IMG/VR virus record: IMGVR_UViG_2703718810_000003
Length of the DNA stretch: 43,509 bases
DNA from: a virus
Taxonomy: Duplodnaviria; Heunggongvirae; Uroviricota; Caudoviricetes
Reading direction: 5' to 3' (one strand)
Positions 36,054 to 43,509 of the stretch are shown in pieces. The translations under genes and the position numbers were made by a program. A model generated the notes under the pieces. The model did not search any database and was not told the DNA's origin. It saw only the letters and a program-made list of their open reading frames with translations. How positions within the stretch are numbered: position 1 is the stretch's first letter; each line of letters opens with the position of its first letter.

Positions 36054-37037
36054 TCACCCCCTGAATCCCGGCGGTATTTCAGTGTCCGGTTCAGAAATGT
36101 GATTTACGCAACGCTGCGCGGGCGAACGCCCCAGGCGGATAACCAGTTCATCCCATTTTTCCCTGAGTTTTGCCGGACTCATGATGTTTTTTACCCAGAA
36201 CGAATCCCGCTGGACACGCCCAAACATTTCACAAATCTGCCGGTGACTACGTCCATCCAGCATACGCATCATGCGCACATCATTCGCCCAGGTCGTCCAG
36301 TTAGGTTCTCTGGGGCGTGACACCTCACCATCATCACTGGCGGCCTGTTCATACAACGCCACAACCCGTCCCCAAATCCACTGCGCACAGGCGACATCCT
36401 CACGGGTACCCCACTGTCGCTTCGGTACATTCCAGGTATGCGCATCTGGGTGTTTCTCCAGAAATCGCTCAACTGGTGATGATCGTTTTTCGTCCGGCAG
36501 TGAAACGTCCGGACAAGAAGATCTTTTATCTGACGGATCAGGTTTTAATACTGATGGATCGGGGTCAATCATCGCCCCCCTAATACGCAGTTTTTTATCA
36601 ACCGTTGATCCATCAACATTTGACGGGTCAACCGTTGAGGGGGCAATATTTGACGGGTTAACTGTTAACGGGTCATTTTTTGCCGGGCTAATTTTTCTTT
36701 TCGGTTTATATGCCTCACGCGCCGCAGTTGCAGCTGCTTCGAGTTTTTCCACATTAAGCCGATAGATATTGCTTACGTTACGCCCACCGACCTTACGCTC
36801 TTCCTTCGTCAGCCAGCCCTCTTTCGCCAGTTCTGCAATAGCAGATTTAACGGTGGATTCACTTCTTGCACCGATCTGACGCCGGATAGTTTCAATGGCA
36901 GGCCATGACACGCCCTCGTCATTGCTGTAGTCTGCAAGACGGGCCATAACCGCCACCCTGGATAAGATCATGCCGGTGAAGGCGCACCCTTCCCAGACAA
37001 GACCATGAAGCTTGCTGCTCATAAACCCCCCGAACAC
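36054..37037 (-). CDS. Replication initiator (O-like / replisome organiser) containing origin iterons
   Basis: N-terminal winged-helix-like domain; internal peptide repeats encoded by DNA iterons; directly upstream of the DnaC-like gene. Confidence 0.65.
   Translation of the reverse strand: MFGGFMSSKLHGLVWEGCAFTGMILSRVAVMARLADYSNDEGVSWPAIETIRRQIGARSESTVKSAIAELAKEGWLTKEERKVGGRNVSNIYRLNVEKLEAAATAAREAYKPKRKISPAKNDPLTVNPSNIAPSTVDPSNVDGSTVDKKLRIRGAMIDPDPSVLKPDPSDKRSSCPDVSLPDEKRSSPVERFLEKHPDAHTWNVPKRQWGTREDVACAQWIWGRVVALYEQAASDDGEVSRPREPNWTTWANDVRMMRMLDGRSHRQICEMFGRVQRDSFWVKNIMSPAKLREKWDELVIRLGRSPAQRCVNHISEPDTEIPPGFRG
36598..36687. repeat. Three 30-bp direct repeats (iterons) followed by AT-rich tract; candidate replication origin inside the initiator gene
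   Basis: TCAACCGTTGA...ATTTGACGGG units at 36598, 36628, 36658, each with an inverted-repeat core; AT-rich 36688..36710. Confidence 0.6.
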
Positions 37038-37044
37038 CGTGCTT

Positions 37045-37470
37045 TTAGTGCATCACCACAGCATTCCCTGCCGGGCCGCCGCGATTCATCTGGTCATACA
37101 AAACAACCGCTGACGCAACAAAATCATCGACATCCTTCACCAGCCGATCCCTCCGTTCGACGATCTCACGGTAATATTCAGAACTGTGGCTGCGCATACG
37201 GGCCACCAGCAAAGGCGGCATCGCCTTTTCGATCGCCGGTAACAGAGCCTGCATTTTTTCAACAGCATCAGGGGTGTCTTTATCCAGCCAACGGAAAATT
37301 TTCTGTGTATTACGGGCCAGGGCTTCCGGATGGCTGTCGTCGTACAGTTCAGGGAACGTCATCCCCAGTTCGAAATAAGTCCGGGCTATTTCAGCTGCAG
37401 GAACTTTCTCACCGTCCGGATAGGCCCAGGCATTGATCGCCATGCGGATGTGCTCATGCTTGATTTTCAT
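37045..37470 (-). CDS. CII-like regulator (YdaT-like)
   Basis: 141 aa beginning MKIKHEHIRMAINAWAYPDG, immediately downstream of the Cro-like gene; family by recollection of Rac ydaT. Confidence 0.5.
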   Translation of the reverse strand: MKIKHEHIRMAINAWAYPDGEKVPAAEIARTYFELGMTFPELYDDSHPEALARNTQKIFRWLDKDTPDAVEKMQALLPAIEKAMPPLLVARMRSHSSEYYREIVERRDRLVKDVDDFVASAVVLYDQMNRGGPAGNAVVMH

Positions 37471-37735
37471 GAATCAAGCTCCTAGAAAGTGGTTGTGTTA
37501 ACGTTTTGGTATCTTCCAGCTCAGGCCAAATATTCATCCAATCAAAAGGCCTTAGTTGCTGACGTGTAACTTCACCATTACTGGCTCGCTCAATAAGGAC
37601 ACATAACGATGCCCCTAACACTTGGCCTTTACTCAATGCCTTTCTTAGATAACCGATGCTGGTACCACACTCGCATGCAAACATACGCTGTTCATCTGAC
37701 GAAAGAGAATTGAGAAATATTCTTAATTCTTCCAT
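37454..37735 (-). CDS. Cro-like HTH regulator (YdaS-like)
   Basis: 93 aa; AGGAG RBS; divergent from repressor gene across operator-containing region. Confidence 0.55.
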   Translation of the reverse strand: MEELRIFLNSLSSDEQRMFACECGTSIGYLRKALSKGQVLGASLCVLIERASNGEVTRQQLRPFDWMNIWPELEDTKTLTQPLSRSLIHENQA

Positions 37736-37764
37736 AGCTACTCCTTAGTAAACACAGCAAAGAA

Positions 37765-37776
37765 TACCTATAGGTA
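37765..37776. promoter_or_regulatory. Operator-like 12-bp perfect palindrome TACCTATAGGTA in divergent promoter region
   Basis: Shares TACC...GGTA half-sites with sites at 37804 and 38301/38326. Confidence 0.5.
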
Positions 37777-37803
37777 AACAAAAGTCAATACCTTTGGGTT
37801 GTT

Positions 37804-37815
37804 TACCTTACGGTA
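37804..37815. promoter_or_regulatory. Operator-like site TACCTTACGGTA overlapping candidate repressor promoter
   Basis: Imperfect palindrome with the same half-sites; a third partial site TACCTATGG overlaps the repressor ATG. Confidence 0.45.
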
Positions 37816-37835
37816 ATCACATCTATTATTTACCT

Positions 37836-38255
37836 ATGGACAAATATGAATTTAGACGACAGCAGCTCATCAAAATTCGTGATGAGAAATGCGATGGTAA
37901 AGCGGTTAACGTAGCCAGAAAGATCGGTCGCGAGCCTTCTTATGTATCAAGAATGTTGTACCCAGAGGGGAAAAAGGGAAAAAAACGGATCGCTGATGAT
38001 ATGGTGGAGATTATCGAAGAGTCCTTTGGGTTACCCCGAGGATGGATGGATGGTATCGTTTCATCATCAACGAACACAGCCTCCAATTATGAAACAAGGG
38101 TTCTAACGCCACGACAACGTATTTTTTTAGATCTCTTAGACGAGCTGCCAGAAAGTGAAGCGGATAACTTATTAAAAACTCTTGAAGAGAAAAAACAGTA
38201 TTACAATATGATCTACGAAGAAATCCGTAAAAAGAAAGCACAAAACGCATCATAA
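37836..38255 (+). CDS. Prophage repressor (CI-functional analogue, RacR-like HTH protein); probably leaderless
   Basis: MDKYEFRRQQL... with HTH (VNVARKIGREPSYVSRML); TATTAT -10 only 7 nt upstream of ATG at 37836. Confidence 0.6.
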   Translation: MDKYEFRRQQLIKIRDEKCDGKAVNVARKIGREPSYVSRMLYPEGKKGKKRIADDMVEIIEESFGLPRGWMDGIVSSSTNTASNYETRVLTPRQRIFLDLLDELPESEADNLLKTLEEKKQYYNMIYEEIRKKKAQNAS

Positions 38256-38300
38256 CTCACCAAACAACCAGTCACCAGTTAAGACGCCTGAAAAAAAAGT

Positions 38301-38337
38301 TACCCATGGGTATTTACTTTTTGGGTACCCATGGGTA
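38301..38337 (+). promoter_or_regulatory. Candidate pL with two perfect 12-bp palindromic operators TACCCATGGGTA (38301..38312 and 38326..38337)
   Basis: Palindromes spaced 25 bp centre to centre; TTTACT-N17-TATGCT promoter-like hexamers at 38313..38341 with the second palindrome in the spacer. Confidence 0.5.
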
Positions 38338-38522
38338 TGCTTCCTTTCATACCAACCCACTCCGCCCCACAGAATGCAGGGCAATACCTCGAGTTACCCG
38401 GCAGTGGTCAGGGGTTAAGTAGCCAGCCCGAGGCGTATGAACATGACGGCGGGAACACTTTGTATAACAGCGCAGCAGGTTTTTAGTTCCGCTACCCGGC
38501 GTTAAGGGTAAATGGGGTCAAC

Positions 38523-38675
38523 ATGGATACTATCGAGCTTGGCAACAACGAATCTCTGGTGTGCGGAGTATTCCCCAACCAAGACGGCACGTTTACCGCG
38601 ATGACGTATACCAAAAGTAAAACGTTTAAAACCGAAGCTGGCGCGCATCGCTGGTTAGCCAGAAACGCTAACTGA
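38523..38675 (+). CDS. Hypothetical 50-aa protein
   Basis: MDTIELGNNESLVCGVFPNQDGTFTAMTYTKSKTFKTEAGAHRWLARNAN; below ORF-track size cutoff. Confidence 0.35.
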   Translation: MDTIELGNNESLVCGVFPNQDGTFTAMTYTKSKTFKTEAGAHRWLARNAN

Positions 38676-39147
38676 TTAGCGCCAGTAAAAACAGGTTTCC
38701 ACAGGTTAATTTACCCTGAAAAGTCAGGGCATAACACGAAAGCGCACGGCGAGATTCCTTTGCATATAAGGTTAGATTTCTTCGACCGTGCGCTTCCGGT
38801 TGTGGCAATCCGCGAAATGGCGCGGCGGTAAGTATGGCGGGGTTATTCCTTCCCCCGTTGAGGACACCGGGTTGTCAGGTTGACCATACGCTTAAGTGAC
38901 ACCCCAGCCACAACAACCTCTGTTATCACTTTTCTGGTGATTCGGCGGAAATGAATATCCGCCCTTTTTAAAGTGAATTTTGTGATGCTGTGAATGCGGC
39001 TATGCGCACGCGGAACAGTTAAAGCAGTAAGGCGGTCTTTTACTGGCGTAACGAGCATCAACTAACCCGACGTTAATTGTTAACTGGTTAACGTCACCTG
39101 GAGGCACCAGGCGCTGCATCACAAAATTCATTGTTGAGGACGCGATA

Positions 39148-39336
39148 ATGGAAACGTTATTACCAAACGTTAATACGTCTGAAGGTTGTTTTGATATTGG
39201 TGTTCTGCTCAGTAATAAAGCGTTTACTGAGGATGCCATTAATATGCGGAAATATGAGCCTTATCTGCTCAATGATAATTCCATTCTTTCCCGAATTGCC
39301 CTTATTAAACTTGGTATTTTCGGAGAACGTCAATGA
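39148..39336 (+). CDS. Hypothetical 62-aa protein
   Basis: GAGGA RBS 8 nt upstream; AT-rich gene; followed by a 17-codon hydrophobic mini-ORF overlapping its stop. Confidence 0.35.
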   Translation: METLLPNVNTSEGCFDIGVLLSNKAFTEDAINMRKYEPYLLNDNSILSRIALIKLGIFGERQ

Positions 39337-39616
39337 CTTCAGCATTTGCACTGGTGATGACGGTTTTTCTTATAACGGGTGAATAACAGAATGTGATTAC
39401 CGGAATTTATGCCAGTAAAGAATCCTGCCTCCAGGCAAGAGACGAGCAAAAAATTTCTGGTGAATGCCTACCGGTAAAAAAAGTATCGCTGTACCTGAAT
39501 AACGAAACACCGGCTGGATAACCCGCCAGCCATATTAACGCCATACCAACGGATTAAAAATGCCAGCAATAGCAGGGATTCGTTCACCCTGAAATCTGTA
39601 ATGAGGTTAAAACACA

Positions 39617-42088
39617 ATGAATAAAATCTTTATTTGCGCTGCTATTCCTGACGAACAGGCCATAGAAGAAGATAGCGCTGTTGCGGTGGCCACTGCCATT
39701 GAAGCCGGTGATGAGCGTCGCGCACGCGCAAAATTTCACTGGCAATTTCTGGAGCAATTCCCGGCAGCTCAGGACTGCGCTTATAAATTTATTGTCTGCG
39801 AGGATAAACCCAGTATACCCCGCCCTGCCCTCGATTCCTGGGATACCGAATATATGCAGGAAAACCGCTGGGATGAGGAGTCTGCGTCCTTTGTCCCGGT
39901 CGAACCCGAATCCGATCCGATGAACGTCACTTTTGACAATCTGGCCCCTGAAGTACAGAACGCCGTCATGGTTAAGTTCGACGCATGTGAAAACATCACT
40001 GTTGATATGGTGATTAGCGCTCAGGAATTGTTGCAGGAAGACATGGCAACATTCGACGGCCATATCGTTGAAGCGTTGATGAAGATGCCAGAAGTTAACG
40101 CCATGTATCCGGAGCTTAAGCTGCATGCCATCGGGTGGGTTAAGCATAAATGTAAACCTGCTTCTAAATGGCCCGAAATTCAGGCAGAGATGCGCATCTG
40201 GAAAAAACGTCGCGAAAGTGAACGCAAGGAAACCGGGAAATACATATCTGTCGTTGATATCGCCCGTTCCAGAGTAAACCAACAGAACACTGAAAACGCT
40301 GCTGAAAAAACCGGGGCTGTCACTGTTGCCGTTCGCCGCGAATACAAACAGACATGGAAAACACTCGACAATGAACTGGCCTGCGCCCTCTGGCCCGGTG
40401 ATGTGGATGCAGGAAACATTGACGGTACCATCCATCGCTGGGCGACAAATGAGGTTATCGACAAGGATCGCGAAGACTGGAAGCGTATCTCAGCATCAAT
40501 GCGCAAACAGCCCGAAGCACTTGCCTATGACCGTCAGACTATTTTTGGCCTTGTTCGCGAACGTCCGATCGATATTCACAAAGATCCCGTTGCACTGAAC
40601 AAATATATCAGCGAATACCTGACGACAAAGGGCGTGTTTGAACATGAAGAAACAGACCAGAGCTCTGCTGATGCTCTCCAGTCACCAGCAGCACAAACTG
40701 CTCCAGTGGAGACGGCAGAATCCGATACTCAAAAAAATGAAATCCTGGTGGAAGCTGAACCATCTGTAGAGCGTGAAGGACCATTTTATTTCGTCTTTAC
40801 CGATAAGGGCGGGGAAAAATACGGCAGGGCAAACAAACTTTCTGGTCTGGACAGGGCGCTGGCTGCCGGCGGTACCGAAATCTCAAAAGAAGAATATTTT
40901 GCCCGAAAAAATGGCACATACACGGGCTTACCGCAAAATGTGGATAGCACTGAAGATTCCGAACAACCAGAGCCGGTAAAAGTTACCGCTGACGAAGTAA
41001 ACAAAATTATGCAGGCAGCCAATATCAGCCAGCCTGACGCCGATAAATTGCTTGCTGCATCACGTGGTGAATTTGTTGAAGGGATTAGCGACCCGGATGA
41101 TCCGAAATGGGTGAAAGGGATCCAGAGTCGCGACGCTGAGGACCAGAATCAGCCCAACGTGAAACAAAATGAGCCAGAAGCGGAACAAAACAGCCCGGAT
41201 ACGCAACAAAACGGGCCAGAAGAACAACAACCAGAACCAGCAGTGCAACAGGAACTGGAAAAAGTTTGCACCGCATGCGGTCAGACCGGTGGCGGCAACT
41301 GTCCTGACTGTGGTGCGGTGATGGGGAACGCAACCTACCAGGAAACATTCGATGAAGAGAATCAGGCTGAAGCTCAGGAAAATGATCCGGAGGAAATGGA
41401 AGGCACTGAACATCTGCACAAGGAGAACACTGTCAGCGATCAGTATCACGCCAGCGATAATAAAACTGGCGAAACAGCAAATCCCTTAATTAAAGTGAAC
41501 GGTCATCATGAAACCACATCCACCAGCAGGTTGTGGCACCATCTGATGATTGACCTTGAAACAATGGGAAAAAATCCTGATGCGCCAATAAACGCTATAG
41601 CCGGTAAGTTTTTTGATCCGGCAACCGGAGAGATGGGGCCAGAATTCAGCAAAACTATCGATCTGGAAACCGCAGGCGGGGTCATCGATCGGGACACCAT
41701 TAAGTGGTGGCTGAAACAGTCACGCGAAGCACAATCCGCCATTCTGACCGATGAAATCCCGTTGGATGATGCACTGCTGCAATTCCGGGAATTTATCGAC
41801 GAAAACTCCGGTGAATTTTTTGTTCAGGTCTGGGGTAACGGTGCAACTTTCGACAACGTGATTTTACGCCGTTCATATGAACGGCAGGGGATCCCCTGCC
41901 CGTGGCGTTACACCAATGATCGCGATGTAAGAACGATGGTTGCTCTGGGACTGGTGATGGATTTCGACGCAAGAACGACTATTCCATTCGAAGGTGAACG
42001 CCATAACGCGCTGCACGATGCGCGTTACCAAGCAAAATACGTTTCAGCCATCTGGCAAAAACTGATCCCGAGTCAGGCTGATTTTTAA
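39617..42088 (+). CDS. Large exonuclease: acidic ~600-aa N-terminal region plus C-terminal DEDDh (DnaQ-like) 3'-5' exonuclease domain
   Basis: C-terminal motifs MIDLETMG (Exo I), VWGNGATFDNVIL (Exo II), HNALHDARYQAKY (Exo III); upstream region rich in D/E/Q; located where lambda carries exo/bet/gam and Rac carries recET. Confidence 0.7.
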   Translation: MNKIFICAAIPDEQAIEEDSAVAVATAIEAGDERRARAKFHWQFLEQFPAAQDCAYKFIVCEDKPSIPRPALDSWDTEYMQENRWDEESASFVPVEPESDPMNVTFDNLAPEVQNAVMVKFDACENITVDMVISAQELLQEDMATFDGHIVEALMKMPEVNAMYPELKLHAIGWVKHKCKPASKWPEIQAEMRIWKKRRESERKETGKYISVVDIARSRVNQQNTENAAEKTGAVTVAVRREYKQTWKTLDNELACALWPGDVDAGNIDGTIHRWATNEVIDKDREDWKRISASMRKQPEALAYDRQTIFGLVRERPIDIHKDPVALNKYISEYLTTKGVFEHEETDQSSADALQSPAAQTAPVETAESDTQKNEILVEAEPSVEREGPFYFVFTDKGGEKYGRANKLSGLDRALAAGGTEISKEEYFARKNGTYTGLPQNVDSTEDSEQPEPVKVTADEVNKIMQAANISQPDADKLLAASRGEFVEGISDPDDPKWVKGIQSRDAEDQNQPNVKQNEPEAEQNSPDTQQNGPEEQQPEPAVQQELEKVCTACGQTGGGNCPDCGAVMGNATYQETFDEENQAEAQENDPEEMEGTEHLHKENTVSDQYHASDNKTGETANPLIKVNGHHETTSTSRLWHHLMIDLETMGKNPDAPINAIAGKFFDPATGEMGPEFSKTIDLETAGGVIDRDTIKWWLKQSREAQSAILTDEIPLDDALLQFREFIDENSGEFFVQVWGNGATFDNVILRRSYERQGIPCPWRYTNDRDVRTMVALGLVMDFDARTTIPFEGERHNALHDARYQAKYVSAIWQKLIPSQADF

Positions 42089-42152
42089 TGTTCAACCCCG
42101 GTCGTCGCCCGCAAGCTATAGTGGCGGCGACCATGATTAGCGAACAACTCTC

Positions 42153-42401
42153 ATGGCAAGACTTATTCTTCTCACTGAGTGGGCAAAAGAGGAATTCAGT
42201 GACCCGGTCCCGACTCCGGGCACGTTAAGTAAATACGCTAAAGCCGGAATGATATTTCCTCTCCCCAAAAAAGTTGGAAGACACTGGCGAGTGGATCCTC
42301 GAGCTCGCTTTGTCGGAATGGTAAACAAGCCGGAAGTGATCGCCACAGATCACCCTGCTTTGAAGAGGATACTGGAAGATGGCGCGCCCACGAAAATATA
42401 A
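42153..42401 (+). CDS. xis: Excisionase
   Basis: 82-aa basic protein immediately upstream of and overlapping int. Confidence 0.7.
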   Translation: MARLILLTEWAKEEFSDPVPTPGTLSKYAKAGMIFPLPKKVGRHWRVDPRARFVGMVNKPEVIATDHPALKRILEDGAPTKI

Positions 42402-43509
42402 AACTGAAGTTCCGGGATTATCTCCGTATTTTGACAAAAGAAATAACAAAGTTTACTGGCGTTACAGGCATCCCATAACAGGAAAAAATCACGGACTCGG
42501 CAGTATTGACCAGAAACAGGCAGAAGCTATTGCAGCAGAAGCGAACAGCCGTCTTGCCAGGCAACAAATGGAACAAATGCTCAGTCTGCAGGAGAAAATT
42601 ATTAGTGATACCGGTAGTCCATCAACCGTTTCTGCTTTTCTGAATAGTTACCGAAAAATTCAACAGGAAAGATATGAAAACGGAGAGATCAAACTCAACA
42701 CACTGAAACAGAAAGCATCCCCTCTCAGAGTATTTGATGAACGTTTTGGTACCAGACCATTAGATGCCATAACCGTAAAAGATGTGGTATCGGTGCTGGA
42801 AGATTACAAGGCAAAAGGACATAACAGAATGGGACAAATTTTCAGGAAAGTACTGATCGATGTTTTCCGGGAGGCCCAGCAAACGGGCGATGTCCCGCTA
42901 AGCTTTAACCCTGCAGAATCGGCAAAAAAACCACAGGTACGGATATCACGGCAACGACTGACCTTTGATGAGTGGATGATGATTTATAATGCAGCGGAAA
43001 AGGATGGTTACTTTTTACAGCGTGGTATGCTGCTGGCACTGATGACAGGCCAGCGCCTTTCAGATATTTGCAAAATGAAATTTTCGGATATCAGGGATGG
43101 TTATCTTCATGTCGAACAGCAAAAAACAGGAACCCGGATTGCCATCCCTCTGGCTCTGCGTTGCGATAAATTAAATCTCACCCTGGATGATGTGGTGTCA
43201 TCCTGTCGCGATTGCGTTCTTAGTCCGTGGCTATTGCACCACCATCATGCTAAAGGGACAGCTAAGCGCGGCGGGATGGTTAAGCCAGCAACGTTAACCG
43301 TTGCATTTAAAAAAGCCCGGGATTCTGTGGATTACAACTGGCGTGCTAATGGCACCCCACCCTCTTTCCATGAGCAGAGATCTTTATCAGAACGATTGTT
43401 CAGAGAACAGGGAATTGATACCAAAATTTTGCTGGGCCATTCGAATCAAAAAATGACCGATATTTACAACGACGCACGCGGTAAGGAATGGAAAAAACTG
43501 GTCATTTGA
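42379..43509 (+). CDS. int: Tyrosine integrase (lambda Int family)
   Basis: 376 aa; C-terminal catalytic region ...MTGQRLSDICKMKFSDI...GYLHVEQQKTG...HEQRSLSERL...LLGHSNQKMTDIY aligns with lambda Int catalytic region as I recall it; stop codon is the last three bases of the window. Confidence 0.9.
   Translation: MARPRKYKTEVPGLSPYFDKRNNKVYWRYRHPITGKNHGLGSIDQKQAEAIAAEANSRLARQQMEQMLSLQEKIISDTGSPSTVSAFLNSYRKIQQERYENGEIKLNTLKQKASPLRVFDERFGTRPLDAITVKDVVSVLEDYKAKGHNRMGQIFRKVLIDVFREAQQTGDVPLSFNPAESAKKPQVRISRQRLTFDEWMMIYNAAEKDGYFLQRGMLLALMTGQRLSDICKMKFSDIRDGYLHVEQQKTGTRIAIPLALRCDKLNLTLDDVVSSCRDCVLSPWLLHHHHAKGTAKRGGMVKPATLTVAFKKARDSVDYNWRANGTPPSFHEQRSLSERLFREQGIDTKILLGHSNQKMTDIYNDARGKEWKKLVI

Larger units (their letters stand above)
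1..43509. mobile_element. Interior of a lambdoid prophage (tail gene J through early region to integrase); element ends lie outside the window
   Basis: Continuous lambdoid synteny: tail J/I/K/L/M/H/G-T/V, HK97-type head and packaging genes, lysis cassette, tRNAs, Q-like, nin genes, replication, immunity, xis-int. No flanking host genes or att repeats seen. Confidence 0.9.

Noticed and set aside
38256-39616. Looked for an N-type antiterminator (Arg-rich motif protein) and nut-like boxA/boxB downstream of the pL-like promoter
   Set aside because: No small ORF with an arginine-rich N-terminus and no convincing boxA (CGCTCTTA-like) plus hairpin was found by eye.
39617-42088. Calling the large exonuclease RecE (exonuclease VIII)
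   Set aside because: A mid-protein segment (DADKLLAASRGEFVEGISDPDDPKWVKGIQSRD) seems familiar from RecE, but I cannot verify that memory and the catalytic domain here is DEDDh-type, so I kept a generic call.
1-43509. CRISPR arrays, rRNA genes, IS elements or transposases
   Set aside because: No short regularly spaced direct repeats, no rRNA-like sequence and no transposase-like ORFs were seen.

Overview
The whole window is the interior of a lambdoid prophage of the Stx-phage-like type found in E. coli; both attachment sites lie outside it. The late and structural genes run on the minus strand: partial tail-tip J (1..906), then I, K, L, M, tape measure H, the G/GT chaperone with a -1 frameshift site, major tail V, head-tail joining genes, an HK97-type portal, a prohead-protease/major-capsid fusion, TerL, TerS with a GTG start, a GTTAAC-repeat candidate cos region and an HNH endonuclease. 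Further right on the same strand are spanins Rz/Rz1, a SAR endolysin, a dual-start holin, a NanS-p-like esterase, two tRNAs, a DNA methyltransferase and a Q-like antiterminator with candidate pR' and terminators. The early region holds RusA, nin-type genes, an O-like initiator with internal iterons, a DnaC-like loader broken by an in-frame amber codon, and a Cro-like/CII-like pair divergent from a repressor. On the plus strand a leftward-operon equivalent carries an 823-aa DEDDh exonuclease, xis and int. No stx genes are present. The most unusual content is cargo: (1) at the position where Stx phages carry stx (between the tRNAs and nanS-p) there is a lipoprotein with a TolA domain-III-like C-terminus, plus three paralogous ~115-nt structured elements showing compensatory base changes and two convergent plus-strand promoter-terminator units; (2) a second lipoprotein with a TonB C-terminal domain between packaging and lysis genes; (3) an opposite-strand PAPS-reductase-like/ParB-like (IbrA/IbrB-like, DndC/DndB-like) pair in the nin region; (4) two tandem terminator-bearing repeats between tail genes I and J. 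All protein assignments come from reading the translations and from recalled family signatures; no database search was run.
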